From NCBI RefSeq assembly GCF_036321535.1, contig NC_087436.1, forward strand, positions 97,900,001 through 97,964,000: a stretch of DNA of 64,000 bases, read 5' to 3'. Source of the stretch: Camelus dromedarius (lineage: Eukaryota). The notes beneath the pieces were generated by a model. That model was not told the origin of the DNA. It saw only the letters and a program-made list of their open reading frames with translations, and ran no database searches. The translations under genes were made by a program, and so were the position numbers. Of this stretch, positions 1-12,830 are shown one piece after another (the first letter of the stretch is position 1; each line of letters opens with the position of its first letter).

Positions 1-600
1 TGAAAGGTTATATGAGAGCTGTCCTGTGAGTATCCTATCTTAGCCAATTTATGGAAAAAACTAGGAAATTCCCTGCAGACCCTCTGCCAACTGGAAAACC
101 ACAACTGGCTTCCAAAAATTTGGGGCACTTCATCCAAAGCTTTTATCGTCACTGTTCTACATTTCCCATAAAAATTCTGACATAACTGACTAGCTAAGTG
201 ATTTCTATAGATTTCATAATGGTACTGTGGATTAGAATACAAAACACATCACAAATAAATATATTTCTTTCAGAATGACAGAAAGCAGGTTGGAATCGTT
301 TTTCTATTTTGCAACACTGATGTTATGAATAATGGATCTATAGAAGCTATTCTGGTTTGTTTTGTTTGTGTATTTCTTTTGATGTTGTTCAGATAAAGGA
401 ACATTAACCCCATTCTTTTCATTCGCAATAAGTCATTTACAGACTATGACAGTATTCTTATTGATTTCACTATTTCCCTCAACAAATAGAACAGCTCAAA
501 ATGTAGCCTTGAGAGCAAAAGAAAGTAGTGTGCTAAGCCACTGGCAGTCATGACCAGAGCCGGCTTTGATTTCACATCAATCTTCCTTCACTACAAATGT
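1..600 (-). other. Scrambled bornavirus-like fragment array segment (runs off window start)
   Basis: Minus strand: IKAG 559-570 (N KIKAGAEQ) next to EGRL 578-589 (G NDEGRL); WLSTLLSFA ~514-540 (G WLRDLLAWA); SQGYIL ~497-514 (L SQGLVM); HNISV ~314-328 (L HNVSV). Confidence 0.65.
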
Positions 601-1089
601 AATTTGGGGATAAATATTGCTATGAAAATTCAATGAAAGATTTTTAAAGTGCTTGCAACAGTGGCAACTGAATATACTTTGTGCCCAATAAAATTTAATT
701 TGCTAGTGGTCATTTCATTTCTAACAGCGTCTCTAGAATATGCCTGCCCACCTGCTACTCCCCAAGCCTTTGGATAAAATGATCATTTATAAATTATTGA
801 GCTTTCTCTCCCCTAAGAACAGCTTGTACCTTCCACCTATGCGGATTTACCTCTTTATACTTTTCACTTTCCAAAATACCATCATTTCTTAGTATTCAGT
901 TCAAAGCTCAGGTTCTCCCCCAAAGACTTCCTTACATGATCTTTAACTTGTCTAAAAATAGTGCAGAAAAAAAAATGACATATACACTTTTGGGGTGGCT
1001 ATTTTCCTAATGAGGATTCGTTTCTAACATATAGGTAAGTCACATAAATTATGATTCACGATGAAACAGTTTGAAAGTGTAAATGTTTT

Positions 1090-1900
1090 GGGGGCTGCAT
1101 TTGTATTTCATCGTGTTATTTCATAGTTTACTTAACCAATATACAATTTTAGGACATTTCAGTTCTTTCCAGTCATTTGCAATTAAAAGTATTATTTTAT
1201 GCATATGTCACTTTGCATATTTGCTGGTTCATAACTGAGTTGGAATGCTGAAAGACAACTTGTGAGTCAAAGTTCTGGTTGACATGTATTTCATTAGATA
1301 TTGTTATTTTTGTCTCTGGGCTGTACCATTTGCCTCCAGCCTAAGAGTGTATGAATCCTCGCAGTCTCAAAATGGCATGTGTTGACAAACTTTTGGATTT
1401 TTTTTCAAATCTTTAGTTTACAAAACTGAGCCAAAAATGAGATCTCAGTTTAAATTTAAATCACATTCACACTTACATGAGTTCAAGTATTTTTCCTAAG
1501 TTTAAATGACATGTAACCAAATTCATTTTTCTGTGGACTGCCCTAATTTGTCTGTTCTTCTATAAGTGTTCTGCTCTTTTTAATTGACTTTTAGAACACT
1601 CTCCACACTATATCTACTAGATTTTCACCTGTGATATGATTTACATACTCACACACACAAGAGATATGACTTACCAACACATTTTCATTGCAATCAAATT
1701 TATCAGTCATATTATTCTTTCAAGATTTTGATTCACTGTTATGAAACTACTCTCCCTTTCCAAAATATAGATGAATGTGGAAGAGTTTTCTGTAAGAAAT
1801 TATTTGGTTTCCCTTTTACATTTTGGTATTTTTTTTAAATGTAGGCTCTACCATGGTGAATAATAAGATATACAGATCTAGCAAATTCGCACAGATGTCC
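1090..1900 (-). mobile_element. Old L1 (L1ME-like) fragment
   Basis: Degenerate antisense L1 ORF2/3' region wording (ggacatttcagttctttccagtcatttgcaatt ... ctgtaccatttgcctccagc). Confidence 0.6.
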
Positions 1901-2099
1901 AGAAATTAAGCAGAAAATGTGTGCACAAATTAACTTCCCTTCCATCCTTTCTCCTTACCCTTTTTCTTTTCTTCCTGCCTCTCTTTCATTGTCCTTTCCT
2001 TTCTATGCTTCTTATTTCCCATTTTGTTTCTGAAAGTATTTATGGTGACAATAAAGAATAACAGCTCAAATAAAATTTAAGGCAAAAAAAAAAAGAAGT

Positions 2100-3300
2100 T
2101 TTAAAAGTTTCATAAATATGTTTAATTAGAAAATATTAGACAGAAATCTCTTGTGACTGTTTAAAAAAATTACTTAATCAAGGTCACAACTAATTCATGA
2201 TAAAACAGAATTTGCACTCATTTAAATGTAATTCCATAAAAGTCCCACAAAACCACAGTATGAACACCTAATCCAAGAACAAATGATCGAGGTCAAATGC
2301 TAGCAATACAAAACGAATACTCCTGACATAAAAGTAGGTTGTATTTTGAAATGCCATATTACAAAAAGTAGCCTTATGCAATTTAAAAATCTTCCCACTA
2401 CATTGATTTTTCTTCTGTAAAGATACATATTTGACCAGGGTTAGGCATGAATATATTTTACTCTACAGATGATTCTTAGTGGCACAATCAAAAAGATTAT
2501 CTTTCAATTTAGGAGGCTACCTTAGATTCATATTTCCAATTAAAACATAACAAAACTGACTCAAGAATGGATTAGGCCAAGATACATTCATTTTTTTAAT
2601 ACTATTTTGTTAATGAGAAAATAAAGAGAGGTTATGGCTAATGATAAAGAAGATTTGTTTTTAAAAGAAAATGTTCATGTGAGGAGTAAGAGCAAAGAAA
2701 AAAAACAACGTAAGAATTATTTTAAGTGGCTCTTTGTCGCTAGAAAAATATCTAACCTACTTTGTTTTTTCAGTAGATCAATCATTTAAAATTTTAATTA
2801 ACTACTTAAAGAGCCATCAGCATTTACAGTTTATTACAACAAAATCAAGTTCATAGGATAGCATTTTAATCAGAAGATTCTCTTCATAGTTCATAACATC
2901 ATATCAAGGCCAAATTATCAAGCTGGTACAAAGATGAATCAAAATAGGACCATTTTTTATAAAGTGAAAATATTATCTCCCAAATCAAGACAAATTAATT
3001 TAATTTTAATCTTTCTAAATGCATATGATGAATAAGGAATCATGAAGTATCTAAAGACATAAACATTTGTATAAATAGTTTCCTATGTGAAAATAACAAA
3101 TTGGAAAAGAATTATTTTAAATAGCAATCACTGAAGTTGTTCACTGTGGCTCTGTAAGTATTAGATGAAGTTATTTATCTGATAAATTTTAATAGGCAAT
3201 ATTTGTTGGAGAATATTTTATGGATCTGAAAAAGCAAGCCATTTAATTTAAAATTTTAATTTTAATCTGTAGATTCCCTTAATACGAAACAGAGTGTAAT
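2100..3300 (-). other. Scrambled bornavirus-like fragment array segment
   Basis: Minus strand: LAFDLDHL ~2280-2303 (L VALDLCHL), SWIRCS ~2261-2278 (L TWLRFS), WEII ~2971-2982 (L CWEII). Confidence 0.5.
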
Positions 3301-3599
3301 GATATGCTGAAACATGATAGAATTATGTATAATTATATATTATATACACTTTTAAATTACATACATATACTGTGAACAAATGTGGATAAGTATAAATGTA
3401 TGTTTTAAGAAAATTAGTCCATAGCAAAGATAATTTTCCTATATTTTTATTTTATTTTGAATTGCCTTTGATGGTTTTACCACAAAAACTTTTAAAACAT
3501 GTTTTTTAGTGATTTTTCTAGGAATTATGTATATATGTATACATATATGTATATAAATATGCATGTATATATGTCCATGAAATGTGTGTATGTATGTTA

Positions 3600-3815
3600 A
3601 TTATTGGTTTCCTTTTTCCTTGTAATTTTAAAGACATCCTCAGAAAATCCTTCCCCACTAGTAGTTTACATAAAAGATTCTCACATATTTTCTACTAATC
3701 CCTTTGGGATTTTATTTTTAGTGTTCAAAACTTTCATTCCTCCTGAGTTTATTTCTCTAGGAGGTAGGGTAGACATCACTTTCCTTTTTTTCCCCCAAGT
3801 AGGAAAACGCTACTG
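3600..3815 (-). mobile_element. Old L1 (L1ME-like) fragment
   Basis: Antisense L1 ORF2-like text (agattctcacatattttctact...ctttcattcctcctgagtttatt). Confidence 0.5.
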
Positions 3816-3834
3816 TCTAGCTACAACTAGATAC

Positions 3835-4350
3835 AGCTACAAGCTAGCAGCAAAGCCTGGTGTTTTCAGTGCTTTTGTTTCTTGTTGGCTGGTGGGAAGG
3901 GGCAGGGTGCCCCAGTTCCGGGCTTGGCAACTAGGAGAGGGAGGTAGTTGGCACTATCTCAGGGAGAGGGCAAGGAGCCTTGGCTGGAAACAAAGGCACC
4001 TCGAGAAATCTCACTGGTTCTTTGCCTTCTCCCTGGCAAGACCTGCTCTCCTGTAGCTGCCTCTGGGGATCTTGGTATGCTCCCCATCCCCCTCTTCCCC
4101 AAGTCTTGAGTGGGTATGGGGGATGGGAGCTCTTGGTCATAGCCTCTAGGTCTCAGGGATGTTGGGAGCTGCCCCATGCCCTGGCCAGACCCAACTGGTG
4201 GGGTGAGATGTTGTCCCCACTCCTGGTGTAGGTCTACAAACTCTATAGGTATAATTTCCTTCCCCACCCTCCCCAACACCATCCCCAGGCAAGGCACAAT
4301 ATGGGGGTGCTGGGCAGATGATATCAGGCAGCCTGGGAGAAGGATACAAA
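3835..4350. other. GC-rich insert, possible retrocopied host mRNA 3'UTR fragment
   Basis: Abrupt ~500 bp GC-rich, UTR-like block inside very AT-rich DNA; not recognised as a repeat. Confidence 0.3.
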
Positions 4351-4569
4351 GGCTAAAATTTTATAAAGTTTATCAAGTGAAAACAATGCTACTGAAAAAT
4401 GAATCATTTGCTTATTGATAGCCTTGGAATTTGTTTGCAGTTTTATGGTTTTCCATAGACATGATGCTTTATTACAGTGGTGGGGGCTGTTGAGTCAATT
4501 ATATGTAGAGAGAGAGAGACTGTTTTCAAGAAACTGGCTCACATTGTTTTGGAAGTGGGTAGGCTGAAA

Positions 4570-5520
4570 TCATATTGCTTACTCATTTATTTCCCTGGCT
4601 TCATGGCAATATGTTAGGTCATAAGTTTTACCTGCCCAAGGACAGCACTATTTTTTCAATGAGTGATCATCATCTACCATTTTATTGTTATCTTTTCTTC
4701 TTTTTTCATGATGTTTGTGTATAGATCTGCTGTTGCATCCTTTTATTCTTATTTACTCTGATTTGGATTAAATAATTTTTTTTTTTTTGCCAAGCCATTT
4801 GTAGAATGTCTAAAGTGAATAAAGGAGCCAACACAACGTTTAACAGAAAAATTCTGCCTGTTCTCACTTAAGCACGTGTGTGGGTGTGTGTGTGCGCGTG
4901 TGTGTGTGTGGGTGTGTGTGTGTATTTGCTTTTATTCTTCAGCCAACAGAGGTCAGTAGCTAACTGGTTACTTAAAATGTAATCTCAGTCTCCATGTGTA
5001 TGTATGTGTGTGTGTGTGTGTGTGTGTTTCTTGCTCTCTCTTCCTCTCTCCCTCCTTCCCTCCCTCTCTTATCTTTACTCAGTCTCACTGATAGATTGCT
5101 TTTGGCAAATGGCATGTCTACTTTTCCTCTTTTGATGTGTCTTCACCTTCTATTCACTAGTGACAGGGCCCAAGAGAATCATGATGCCAACTTGTGCACT
5201 CCTTTCCAGTGGTTCCAAATAAGGGCTTGTTTGTTCTCCTCCTACCTAGTGTGGTGTCTGCTTTGGAGAACTGAGCTCTACTGGCTCTGCTTGATGTGTA
5301 GAGAGGCTGTCCTCTCTAGGCAATTTTTGTCACCCTGGTTTGATCTTCACTGCATTGGCAGCCCTTTTTAAATACCATGATTCATATTATCATTGACGAT
5401 GGAAATTAAGTTTGCATTTCTAACCAAGCTTGTTATTAAGGAATAATATTCGAAAGAGAAGAAGGATAGTGCCTTTTTAACTCTACCTCCATTGAATTGG
5501 AAATTATTCTTATTTGCTTA
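4570..5520 (-). other. Scrambled bornavirus-like fragment array segment, interrupted by (TG)n tracts
   Basis: VLGQVK 4626-4643 (L ALGQIK) next to DHSLK (L DQSLK); VGSFI 4818-4832 (N VGSFV); GEQT ~5229-5240 (N RGEQT); RAANAVK 5345-5365 (L RAANLVK). Confidence 0.65.
4876..5027. repeat. Two (TG)n microsatellites
   Basis: Direct reading, ~4876-4924 and ~4994-5027. Confidence 0.95.
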
Positions 5521-5639
5521 GATACCATTTTCATTCATTCACTTATTGCTTTATTTATTTAAGTAGCATTTATTAGAAATATTATTTGTAGTTAAAATGC
5601 TAATATTTGGAAATTCTGTGGAGAATAGTAGATGATAAG

Positions 5640-6089
5640 TGTGAAGGTTAATTTTATGTGTCAAATTGGTTAGACCATGGTACTAAGATGTTCACTAGCC
5701 AAATGCTAGTATAGATGTTGCTGTGAAGTATTTCTAAATGAGATTAACATTGAAATTAGTAGATTTTGATTAAAGCAGATTACACTCCATGCAGTGGGTG
5801 GACTTCATCTAATCAGCTGAAGTCTTGAAGGCCTTAAGAGAAAAAAGATTGACTCCCCAGAGAAGAAAATTTTACCTGCAGTCTGCTTCAGATTTGAGCT
5901 GCAAAATAAATTCTTTCCTGCACCTCCAGCCTGCTAGCTTCCATAACAGTGTGAGCCATGTTATTGAAATCACCCCCCAACCAAGACACACATACACACA
6001 CGTGTGTGTGTGCACAAACACATATATACCCATGTGTGCACACACACATCCTCTTGTTTCTGTTTCTCTGGTGAACCCTGATGAATCCA
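5640..6089 (+). mobile_element. MLT2 (ERVL) solo LTR
   Basis: Starts tgtgaaggttaattttatgtgtcaa, ends tttctctggtgaaccctgatgaatcca; typical MLT2B-like text. Confidence 0.9.
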
Positions 6090-6310
6090 ATGCATAAAAA
6101 TGAAGTCTATGCATTCTAGATAATTGCCTAAAAAGAGAAAATAACACCTATGTGCAAAAGATTTTAATAAAAAACACTATAATATCATTATGTTTTTCGT
6201 TTTTTATAAAGGCATCATCCCAGTTATAATGTCACGAGTGATACGGAAGTTAAGAGGCAGAAGACAATAGACCTTAGGGATTATCAAAAGCTTTAAGGAG
6301 GATATTGTAT

Positions 6311-6714
6311 TGTAGATTGTGAAAACGGCCACAAATCAATTCCTCCTTGTATGAATGCCTTTTCATTACGTGTGATTTTACAACACCTCCTTTCTCTGTC
6401 CCTTAAATCTGATTTAGCTGGGATTAAGTTAGACCAATCAAATGAGGCAGAAGCAATACTTTTCTGATTTTGAGTGTAGGACTCAAGATATCTTGCATAC
6501 TTTCATACTCTGTTTCAAGCCAAACAAACTACTTTGTGACTTTAGACACACACAGAGACCAGCTGATATTAGCCAAGTGTGATCCAGATTAGCAAAACCA
6601 GCCAGCTGAACCCAGCCTAAGAGCCTACCATTAACATGTGAGGTAAATTAATGGTTGATATTTTAATCCTCTAACTTTTGAGATGACTTATTATACCATT
6701 AGATAATTGATGGT
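6311..6714 (+). mobile_element. MLT1 (MaLR) solo LTR, MLT1H-like
   Basis: ggccacaaat...gaccaatcaaatgaggcagaag...cagctgaacccagcc...atagataactgata-like end. Confidence 0.75.
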
Positions 6715-6744
6715 AGAGGAGGTGATGTTTGAACTTATTATTGT

Positions 6745-9200
6745 TTGGAAATGTGATTTCTAGAAGGCATAACATATTTCATAATTATTTTATTTATTTA
6801 CATTAGTTATGAGGTCATAAATAATGTAAGACTCTTAAAATAAATTTCACATGTAATAATACCACGTTTGCTTTTTCTGTTTGTATTTAAACTTCTTAAC
6901 CTTTCATCAGGATTTGCAATTTTCTCTTTAAGGGAGACTTAAGGAATTTAATATGAAAAATTGTAGTGTCTAGTCCAGGGGCTAATATATAATAGACATG
7001 TCAGGGAGAGTTCCTGCCTTCAACCAGCCTCAGGAAAGATACTTTTTTTTCTCAATTATGAAGTCTATCACCAAAGCAATATTGTTCATTTTTCTAGTTG
7101 ATGTTCTTTTCTGATTTAACTTCTTATTAATTCAAGTTAATAGTTATTTGATTCAGAAACTGTCCAGAGATTGGCATATTTGCTTGATTCTGACCCCCTG
7201 ACCAAATAAAATAAAATTAAAACAGATTTTCCTTCTGATTAAACACTGTAAGAATTAGTAAAACTACAGCTTTCTCAGCTGATTCATTAATTGACTTCAG
7301 TTAGAAGTTTTTCCAAGAGGAATAATGACTGCACAATTTATCTCAAAGTGATTAATTCATGAAAAGGTATGAGGCAAAGGCAAAGATAAAAGGATAAAAA
7401 TAAAGTCTTTGCTTCTTTGCTTTTCACAGTCTACCATGAGGTTAGTCAAGCAATGTGGTTGTTGCACTTTTCACGTATAAAATAAAGTTTCACCTCAGAA
7501 ACAAAATTTTTTAAAGTAAGCAATTTGTCAAAAAGATGAGTGAAATAAAATCTGATTTTCACATTTTTTTAAGAATTTGCTAAGGGGAAAATACATATAC
7601 ACATAAAGTTATAAAATAAAGTTACACATTAAGTTATAAATTATGTGTATAAATACACATATGTACATTAAAGATATAAGAAAAAATAAAGTTATAAAAA
7701 TAAGGTTATAAAATGTTATAAAATTGTCTTTTCAAAAATATTTCTATTGTATATTTAAATTTTCTTAGTAATTCCTTAAGTATGGCTACCTCTCTGAAGC
7801 AAAGTAGATTATTACACAGATGTATTCCTCAAGAAAGGATCAACATTGTTTAATCAATCTATTTTTTCAATCAGTTAGTTATTAAACATTTCTCCCTGAA
7901 ACAAAGTCTTTATCAGAGCGAAGACCTGTGTATGCAAAAGTGAATGAAATATTATCATAACTGCCCTTTAGGAATTCAGTCATGAACTGCAGACGAAGAG
8001 ATGAAACATTGATCATGGTAGCCATTTTAAGTGCTACAGTGGGGTCACATTTAAGATATCTGATGGTACAAAAATGCTGAACTTGTTTCCAAAATATTGT
8101 CAAAAGCTTTACAGGTCAGAAATGTTCAATGAGGGCTTCATATTTGGATAGATACTGATTGGTCACAAAGTGGAGAACAGCATTTGAGACAACACGCTTT
8201 GCATATGCAAAAACGTGAAGTAAACACACAATGGCATATTCTGAAAAGTACAACCATTAGCGGCAGGAGCACAGTGGGAAGGAAGGTTTGGAAATGGCTT
8301 ACGAAGAATTTTAAAATTTAGGCACCAGAAAAGTGATGCAAGGCTTCTTTTCTTCCTGCCCCTCCCACCCAATGAGCAAGAGATGTCAATGAAGATTTCT
8401 AAGTCGGGAAATATCACCATCAGATTTCCATATTAGACAATTCATAGTGTTTCCTGATGATATGTGACATCTGTAGGAAGTCATTACAACTCTTTAATAT
8501 ATATAGATTAATTTATAATTTGACTTTAAAAAAAAGTGACATGTTTTCTGATGTCATTTTATACATGAGTTTTACCAAGCAAGACAAATAAAATAACTGT
8601 TCAGTAAATTATACTTAAAGAAATATAAAATAATGAAGTAATAGTAAATGTAATGCAAATATTGTGTGACAAAGAGAAGCACTTGTCTCCTAAGCATGAC
8701 TTAATTTCAGAGCAGTTTTAAATTGCTATAATTTAGGTACTTGTTTATCAGAATGAAAACATTTAGACCAAAACAAGCAAACAAACATGCCTAAAAAGAA
8801 AATAAACCCAAGTGATATAAAAAGTAAAATACCCAGCTGCTTGCTAGGCATTTGAGTTTCAAGTTCTGGCCTATTTTACGGTAAATCCGGGTGATGAAAA
8901 ACATGAAATCTTGTTTTAGTGTTGGGTGAGAAGAAGAGAAAACAGGATGAGGAAAGAGCCCCAAACCCTCATATTCCAAATTATACATTGTATTTAAGCT
9001 GTGGAACATCACATGAAACAGCAGCAATGTAATAAAGGGATAAAAGGAGGCAGAAAGCTGCAATTTTCTTGTAGAAAAGTCATCTAGGGTTATTTGACTT
9101 TAAAACAATGTTTTGCAAATATAAATTTGCTCACAGAAGTTGCAAAATATTTAGTGGGCTAAATGGGGCAACTTAAAACTTCCTAACCTGAGCTACTGCA
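6745..9200 (-). other. Scrambled bornavirus-like fragment array segment
   Basis: IITCEI ~6843-6860 (G VISCEV); ILNSLS 6937-6954 (M TLNSLS); ICQSLD ~7163-7180 (L ICRQLD); FMTEFLKG 7963-7986 (L FRAEFIKG); HVFAY ~8203-8217 (L HVFTY); ITFLVPK 8317-8337 (L LTVLVPK); RPEL ~8861-8872 (L FRPEL). Confidence 0.75.
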
Positions 9201-9239
9201 GAAAGTCTTCTGGTTGTTTTTTCTCGGTTGCCATTTTCC

Positions 9240-9690
9240 CCCTTCTAACAGTATCTACCAGGGAGCTCCTCACACAACGAAAACCAAACTGTATTTCTTT
9301 CTTACTTAAAAATCAAATGGCTTCCCACTGCACCAACACTTTCATCTTGTTGCCACATCTCTCAGCCCTGCACCGTCTGCCTACCTCTGACTCCACCTTA
9401 TAAGCTTCCCAGAGATCTTTATTCTTCCACCACGTCAGCTACCTTTCTGCTTCTCAAATGAGGGTAGCCTCTTTTCACCTGAAGTAATTTGTACTTGCAT
9501 TTTGCTAAAACTTGTAAATTTTTCTCTCCTTGTAAATTTGATGCCAATGCTCTTTGCTCAAAAAATGCCCAAGTTTGCAGAAATGTCCAACTATTCATGG
9601 AGCACTGTCCCCTTACATCACTCACCTGTAAAACTAGAATAATAACCGTTTGGGCTAAGGTACACATTATACTTATACGAGCATGTAAAT
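9240..9690 (+). mobile_element. L2 fragment
   Basis: Degenerate L2-like text (cttacttaaaaatcaaatggcttcccactgc...). Confidence 0.45.
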
Positions 9691-9699
9691 ATAATATAC

Positions 9700-10110
9700 G
9701 GCTGGTTTGAAACCTCCGGGGTTTCCCAGGTGTGATCTGAAACTGGCCCCTATACCTGGAGGGCAAGAAGAGAAGAAGAAAGAGGCAGATCACTCTGACT
9801 GGTAGAGTTAATAAGCAAGGGGACTGACTTACAAGGCTTGTCTTGGCTGCAAGATGAGTAGATCTCCACAACTGCCCACCAAAATTTTCTATATAAGAGA
9901 GGCCTCAACCGGGTTCAGTCACGTATGCCACCTAGATGGTCACAACAACACACATTCTCTTGAGGCTGTGTCCTTGGAAACGACTCCCACTGTGGGAATG
10001 GTGGGTGGAATGTACATTCCAACGGTGGTGGGTGGAGGGTGGAGCTGATTACCCGGGTCCAGCTTGAGGATCAATCTTCGGTCATGTCCTCTCGATAACC
10101 TTCTCCAATC
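9700..10110 (-). mobile_element. 3' LTR of outer minus-strand ERV
   Basis: Homologous to 16843-17120 (shared ...tctgaaactggcc...ggagggcaa...gcagatcactc); lies immediately downstream of the env TM remnant. Confidence 0.8.
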
Positions 10111-10124
10111 CTCCTAACTTGCTC

Positions 10125-10560
10125 TTAAAATCTTACATGTTTCCTTTCTTGCACAATGTGCACTGAGAGGCCAGCTGGGGGTTTCACTAGCATGGAGGTA
10201 GTTATCTGGCTGCACTGGAGGCAGACACCACAGCAATATAGGCACATGTAAGAGGAATACAGATTAAGACGATTTCCTAAATAAGTAACAATTTTTTTCC
10301 ACCAGGAGCCCATGATCCAAAGCACTGCTTTACTAAGTTCCCTAAGCTGGGCAGTCAGATCACTCAGGATGTTCACCTGTGTCCTCACAGGATTTAATAA
10401 AGATGATACATCAGGTATTAACATGTAACATTCTGTTTGGATAATGGCACAGGTGCCTCCTGGGGTAGCACTAATAATGTCCAAAGCCATCGACAATCTA
10501 TCTCATTAGAGATATTTTAGTGTTCAGTAAGGACAGGCTTTGTTGGTTATCATTTATTCT
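10125..10560 (-). pseudogene. env: ERV env TM remnant (heptad, immunosuppressive domain, degenerate CX6CC)
   Basis: INDNQQSLSLLNTKISLMR ... MALDIISATPGGTCAIIQTECYMLIPD ... GSWWKK; matches gamma-type TM consensus LQNRxALDxxxxxxGGxCxxxxxxCC. Confidence 0.88.
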
Positions 10561-10564
10561 GACT

Positions 10565-10855
10565 CGGCAGCCATATCAGTAAACTTGGTGGGAATGTATT
10601 CTCTCATCATGAACGTTTCCTGAATTGGAGGAGGGACCACGGCTAGGGTTGTTGCTGTGCTTTGCCTTCCTTTGTAATGTGGGCTGAGGGCACCTACATT
10701 TCATGTGTTTCGTCTGTCTCACTGTCAATCACCACAACAACCTCCTCTTGGCTCTTCTCAGTTTCACAGGGATCCCACCCCTTAGTGTCTCAGTCGGGCT
10801 TTGTCATAAGCGCTGCAACCTTAAAGACCTTAATCTGCAGCAGGTTGTGTCCTCC
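10565..10855 (-). pseudogene. gag: Outer ERV gag remnant, distal part (class III/ERVL-like)
   Basis: Acidic stretch ETEKSQEEVVVVIDSE and MREYIPTKFTDMAA; continues the gag reading interrupted at 16400. Confidence 0.55.
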
Positions 10856-11408
10856 TGTCACTGGCAAAGCCCATTAACAATTCTCGAGAAATAAAAATAG
10901 AATCTGGGTAGTAGAATGATCTAACATTTTTTTGCCCCTTTTCCTTTGCACTCAGTCTAGTTTCACTTGCTCACAGGGTGCCTTGTGCAGGGTTCTTGCC
11001 CCCTACTACTTCAGACCAGAATTCCTAGTGTGTAATGGCTGTTCCTGACACCAGCTTGGCAGGCTTTGTGCAGCAGCGCTGCATAGGACACTTCAATTCA
11101 AGGTGGCAACAGTGCATTTTGTGCAGAGACGCTGCACCCAGGCCTTCGATCTGGAGCGCCCTGAGCAGCACGGCTGCATCAGGACCTCAAGAATTCTCCC
11201 ACCAGCAGGACTCCATAAGGCAATCCCACCAAGGGCCTTTGCAGGAAAGTGTGCACTTCAGAGCATGAGCCTGCACCTCTCCACTCTCTGATCAAAGAGT
11301 AAAGCTTTCCTTCGCTTCTGAACCCAAATCGGTCTTGTTCTATTGGCTCCAATGATGCCAGGCAGAAGGCAACAAGAGTTGGGGACCAACTTGAGAAGGT
11401 TAATAATA
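10856..11408 (+). repeat. 5' LTR of inner ERV1
   Basis: Starts TGTCA; shares gatcaaagagtaaagctttcctt (AGTAAA polyA-like) and ccattaacaatt...gaaataaaaatagaatct with 15930-16399. Confidence 0.88.
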
Positions 11409-11414
11409 GAGTTA

Positions 11415-11432
11415 TGGCAACCCAGGTGGGAT
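11415..11432 (+). promoter_or_regulatory. Primer binding site, tRNA-Arg-like
   Basis: TGGCAACCCAGGTGGGAT vs TGGCGACCCAGATGGGAC (complement of tRNA-Arg(CCG) 3' end, from memory), 15/18. Confidence 0.7.
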
Positions 11433-12762
11433 GTACCATGGCCTTTTCACTGCACCTATCCACTAGGCTCTGGGCTCACCCTGGCTCCAGCAAGAAGACA
11501 GAGGAAGCTTTGGGAGGTTCGTAAGAGGATGAGTGATTCTGATAGTTGAGTACACTCTGACAGAGTAGGATGGAGCAGGCTTCAGTTGAATTCAGAACAA
11601 CCCTGCTCAGCACCCTGCTTGATACCTGGGTGTGGTGCACACACAGGGTAGCCCCCAGAGTAATCTGGACTGCACCTCCTTGAGGGGATCATACTGTGGC
11701 ATCACTGGGGATTGGAGACTGAAACTTACACATTTCTGTCTGCTGCCTCTGGCTGGCCTTCCAATGGTACTGGACACCTGGGGACAGTGGGGACCTATGG
11801 ACAAGAGGGAGCCACAGCAGTCTTGCACTGTTTTGCCAGTAGCACCAGGCTCTTGACCCGCCCTGTACAAGGCAGTAGAGACTGCAACAGGGCTTTCTGC
11901 CCTCCTTGCTGACCTCCAGGGGTCAACACTAGCATTCTCCATAGTCACTTTTGGTTTGTTAAAGGAAGGTGGCCAGCCCCGAGAGCCAAGAGGGGGGACT
12001 GGGAAAAGGCCCAGGTGATAAGCACCACTCAACAAAACAGAAAGTCACTCAATCTGAATTCGGGAAAAGGCACTAGGACACTAGAGGGGGAAAGGATCCC
12101 AAGGCAGATGTGCAACAGGCGACCTGACCACTTCTGGTCAGTGCTAGTTTCTCTGAAGTGGGCTGGGGAGCCCCATGAGCTGCTTACAAGACCAGGAAAC
12201 ACCCACCACGCAACCTCTCCTCCCCTCTCTGCTCCAGAGGTGTACTCTGAGTGATTCTTTACCAACCGAGGATCCACAGGCTCGCCGCCCTGTGTTAGCA
12301 CAGGAAATCCTCTGCCCCAGGGCTCTGAAGAGTACCCTGTGGGAGCCCGTCGAGCTTTCGCTCTCACCCACTGGGACGTCCAAAACCTCCTGCTTTTTGG
12401 CTGAAACTAAGAAAGAGAAGACCCCGCCTCAGACAGTGTGCCCGCCCTAACAGAGCAAGCTGATCAGGAACTGACGCAGCTAAGCTGCTCTGGCCTGGAC
12501 GCCGTCCTGTCTAAGATCCTGTGGGACATACTGACTGACGAGGCCTGTCTCAGGCATAAACCTTACAGATTCAAGGGGGACCCCCCAGTTATACGTCTCC
12601 ACACCATTTGGATGCCTCTTATTTTGGTCTTTGGAGGAATGCAAATTTTCCAAACCAGAAATCTTATCTGGGTCAAATCTTGTGGCATTTGTGTGCCAAC
12701 AAATTACTCCATCTGCCCCACTTTGGTGTTTAGAAACAAATCCAAAACCAGAACATGTCTGA

Positions 12763-12830
12763 ATGGAACCAAAACATCCACCACACTGAAGGACAGCCCA
12801 TTAGGGGGCATCCTGCAGAACTGAAGTTTT
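12763..12830 (+). pseudogene. gag: gag matrix N-terminus remnant
   Basis: (M)GTKTSTTLKDSPLGGILQN* resembles gamma-like MA start MG...SPLGCILxNW. Confidence 0.65.

Noticed and set aside
3604..4418. Cluster of overlapping ORFs as a host gene
   Set aside because: Products of local GC richness; no recognisable domain or exon structure
10125..10496. Domesticated env/syncytin-like gene
   Set aside because: Only a TM fragment; no signal peptide or SU, CX6CC broken, frameshifts present
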